The notes beneath the pieces are model-generated. The model did no database searches and was not told the DNA's origin. It was given only the letters and a program-made list of their open reading frames with translations. Below are positions 62,301-64,000 of a stretch of 64,000 nucleotides of DNA, one piece after another (position 1 is the stretch's first letter; each line of letters opens with the position of its first letter). This DNA is from an uncultured delta proteobacterium (GTDB taxonomy: Bacteria; Myxococcota_A; Polyangia; Polyangiales; Polyangiaceae), in NCBI GenBank assembly GCA_963850305.1, contig CAWKKR010000008.1, positions 1,536,001 through 1,600,000 on the forward strand, in the 5' to 3' direction. The position numbers were made by a program, and so were the translations under genes.

Positions 62301-64000
62301 CGGCCAATCCGTGCGCGAGCTGTCCGAGAAGATCGCGGCTTATCGCGACGCGTATCGACACGCGGGACATCCCGGCGAGGGCATCGTCACGGTCATGCTC
62401 CATGCGTTCGTGACGTCGGACGCGTCGCTCGCGCGGGCGACGGTCTACGAGCCGTTCTCGAACTACCTGAAGACGTCGGTCGATCTGATCAAGATGGCGC
62501 CGTCGGCGTTTCCCGCATTCCGGCAGCCGTCGAAGGCCGCGTCGGGCGACACCGCGCTCGATCCGAGCTCGTTCGGCGATGAGGACCTGAAAGCCCTCGT
62601 CGATCACGCGTTCGAGCGCTACTTCGAGACGGCGGGCTTGTTCGGCACGCCCGGGTCGTGTCTGGGGATGGTCGAGCGCCTGCGCGAGGTCGGGGTGAAC
62701 GAGCTCGCGTGCCTCGTGGACTTCGGCGTCGAGCCGGACATCGTGCTCGCGAACCTGGTTCACCTGGACCGATTGCGGGAGCGTGCGAACGCCGAACCCG
62801 CCGTCGGGGGAGGGGATGAATACTCCATCGCGTCGCAGACCGTCGAGCACGGCGTGACGCACCTGCAGTGCACGCCGTCGCTCGCGCGCATGATGCTGGC
62901 GATGCCCGAGATGCGCGCCGCGCTTCGCGCGCTCGACGTCGTGCTGCTCGGTGGAGAGCCGCTGCCCGCCGGGCTCGCGGAACAGGTGCTGAAAGGGTTC
63001 GACGGCCGGCTCGTGAACATGTACGGCCCGACGGAGACCACCGTGTGGTCCACGACGTCCGAGGTGGCGCGCGGCGACAGCGACGTCACCATCGGGCGCC
63101 CGATCGCGAATACCGAGATGTTTCTGCTGGACCGCGCGCACGAGCTCGTGCCGATCGGGATGCCTGGCGAGCTCTTCATCGGCGGCGCGGGGGTCGCGCG
63201 GGGCTATCTGAATCGCCCCGATCTCACCCGAGAGCGGTTCGTCGAGCACCCGCTCGTGCCGGGCGCGCGGCTCTACAGAACGGGGGATTCTGGCGCGCTA
63301 CCGGGACTCGGGCGCCCTCGAATTTTTGGGTCGGAACGACCATCAGGTCAAGCTTCGCGGCTACCGGATCGAGCTCGGGGAGATCGAGACCGTGCTCGCG
63401 AAGCACGCGGGCGTCGAAGACGTCGCGGTCGTCGCACGCGAGACGAATTCGACGGAACCCGAGCTCGTCGCGTACTGGGTGCCGCGCGCGGCGTCCCGCG
63501 GCAGCGTCACCGACGACTGGCACGCGATCTGGGACGAGACCTACCGGCAAAGCGACGGACCGCAGAGCACGGCGCTCAACCTCGCCGGGTGGAACAGCAC
63601 TTACACGGGCGAGCCGGTTGCCGAAGCGGAGATGCGGGAGTGGGTCGATCACACCGTCGACGGCATCCGCGCGCTCGCGCCGCGGCGGGTGCTCGAAGTA
63701 GGCTGCGGCACCGGGCTCCTATTGCTCCGCGTCGCGTCAGGGTGCGAGCACTACACCGGCGTGGACTTCTCGGAAGCGGCGCTCTCGCACGTGCAGGCGG
63801 AAGCGGAGCGCCTCGGGCTCGGGGACGTGACGCTCCTCCGGGCCGCGGCGCACGAGCTCCCCGCGTTCGGGCCCTTCGACACGATCGTCCTCAACTCGGT
63901 CGTCCAGTATTTCCCGAGCGCCGAATATCTGGCGGGCGTGCTCGATCGGCTGGCGTCGATGTGCACCCCCGGCGGCAACATCTTCGTCGGGGACGTCCGG
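59353..64000 (+). CDS. NRPS, 3' end outside the window: formyltransferase, then an adenylation domain containing an LLM monooxygenase (MupA/Atu3671-like) and a methyltransferase; apparent +1 frameshift near 63289
   Basis: Not in the ORF track; read from the ATG at 59353. 'VNYHDSPLPAYAG..HGVTWH..VDSG'; A1 'LTYHELNERAN'; A3 'YVIFTSGSTGRPKG'; LLM 'MDFSLFYF...WTPERHFHAFGGLYPNP'; A5 'NMYGPTE'; A7 'YRTGD'; A8 'VKLRGYRIELGEIE'; MT 'VLEVGCGTG', 'LNSVVQYFPS'. Confidence 0.9.
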   Translation, partial: MSEAERFSCCLVGEGKLLAECAEVLRARGHDVVAVISSEPSVIRWCETSRVPRAPWACDRLAFLGTVAFDYLFSVVNHRVLDAEVLRLARRGAVNYHDSPLPAYAGFNVTSWAIANGETSHGVTWHEMSERVDSGRISKQRRFALAPDETAFSLAARCHAVALETFAELIDELSTHRVDAREQGAEGRTYFGRHARPASVLDFTKPAAELARLLRALDTGPEDSFLGVPKLAATNLFYLLKEARAAPASKLGAAPSTIVAIDANAIRVATGEGELRLLQVAALDGTPRSLAELVSEAKLHVGARLERPPLDAIATFDAEIARHEGFFVERLKSSVPAAFLDVRGATATAIEVEEADFDVPSLHARAADADFAMLVFAIFVRRCGVGDVEDIGFDDRTALIEGPFVHQVPFRIGWKRDERSDTALDEARAELAELRQRRAFAADVWERHAALRELPRLGLSRGYPIVIRREGFDSAFLPGTILELTFVGGRVHARFDGRMLAPLDVRRLGARFEAFVQAALAAPETPLDRLPIVPESERRLLLEGWNATKRDVPVRCVHEFFERQVVETPEAVAVVFRDRRLTYHELNERANAVAHRLMREHVGPDVLVGIYLERSIDMLVAMLAVLKAGGAYVPLDPGYPAERLGWMLEDCRATVILTSARLCATLPHHSATVVDVTGAELGGSSHENPRTAVRPEHLAYVIFTSGSTGRPKGVMIEHRNVANFFAGMDERVGTTARSGKQPAWLAVTSMSFDIHVLELLWTLARGFKVVLAEEQSAARTRTASVSRKMDFSLFYFASDAAGAGAERYRLLTEGAKFADEHDFAAVWTPERHFHAFGGLYPNPSVTSAALAVLTKRTQIRAGSVVLPLHNPVRVAEEWSVVDNLSGGRVGLSFASGWHASDFALAPDHYADRKERMFLGIETIRKLWRGESIDATSGDGKPIQIRIQPLPVRARPPIWITTAGNVGTFRAAGEQGFNLLTNLLGQSVRELSEKIAAYRDAYRHAGHPGEGIVTVMLHAFVTSDASLARATVYEPFSNYLKTSVDLIKMAPSAFPAFRQPSKAASGDTALDPSSFGDEDLKALVDHAFERYFETAGLFGTPGSCLGMVERLREVGVNELACLVDFGVEPDIVLANLVHLDRLRERANAEPAVGGGDEYSIASQTVEHGVTHLQCTPSLARMMLAMPEMRAALRALDVVLLGGEPLPAGLAEQVLKGFDGRLVNMYGPTETTVWSTTSEVARGDSDVTIGRPIANTEMFLLDRAHELVPIGMPGELFIGGAGVARGYLNRPDLTRERFVEHPLVPGARLYRTGDSGALPGLGRPRIFGSERPSGQASRLPDRARGDRDRAREARGRRRRRGRRTRDEFDGTRARRVLGAARGVPRQRHRRLARDLGRDLPAKRRTAEHGAQPRRVEQHLHGRAGCRSGDAGVGRSHRRRHPRARAAAGARSRLRHRAPIAPRRVRVRALHRRGLLGSGALARAGGSGAPRARGRDAPPGRGARAPRVRALRHDRPQLGRPVFPERRISGGRARSAGVDVHPRRQHLRRGRP

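Overview
GC-rich window from a myxobacterium, most likely Polyangiaceae/Sorangiineae (inferred from romR next to valS, a Pph1-type phosphatase, a MYXO-CTERM-like tail and myxobacterial Cys-rich repeat proteins). Many genes carry 1-2 nt frameshifts, including essential valS and the BamA-family gene, so most breaks are probably sequencing errors. Bases 1-27,300 are accessory. They hold the 3' part of a giant surface protein (27 Cys-rich repeats plus about 14 RCC1-like blades), an ABC-ATPase/DUF4276-like (TOPRIM-like) putative defence pair, a stretch of gene fragments, a cell-anchored arabinoxylan operon (GH30, CE1-like esterase, GH54), a TetR-controlled aromatic catabolic operon, an alpha/beta hydrolase, an orphan helical protein preceded by a 21/42-bp tandem repeat, and a second Cys-rich lipoprotein. 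Four co-oriented remnants of one IS91/ISCR-like rolling-circle element punctuate this region, including two identical 60-bp oriIS-like ends 17.5 kb apart. Bases 27,300-59,200 are mostly core: LhgO-like oxidase, Ser/Thr kinase, hybrid histidine kinase, PP2C, rpiA, Omp85, heterodimeric ABC exporter, cobA-hemD, ArnT-like transferase, valS, romR, hrcA and skp-lpxD-fabZ-lpxA, with three REP-like intergenic repeats. The window ends in an unusual NRPS: a formyltransferase followed by an adenylation domain interrupted twice, by an LLM monooxygenase and a methyltransferase. The best candidates for an undescribed system are the non-autonomous IS91-derived cargo elements, the adjacent repeat/orphan-gene unit, and the doubly interrupted NRPS.
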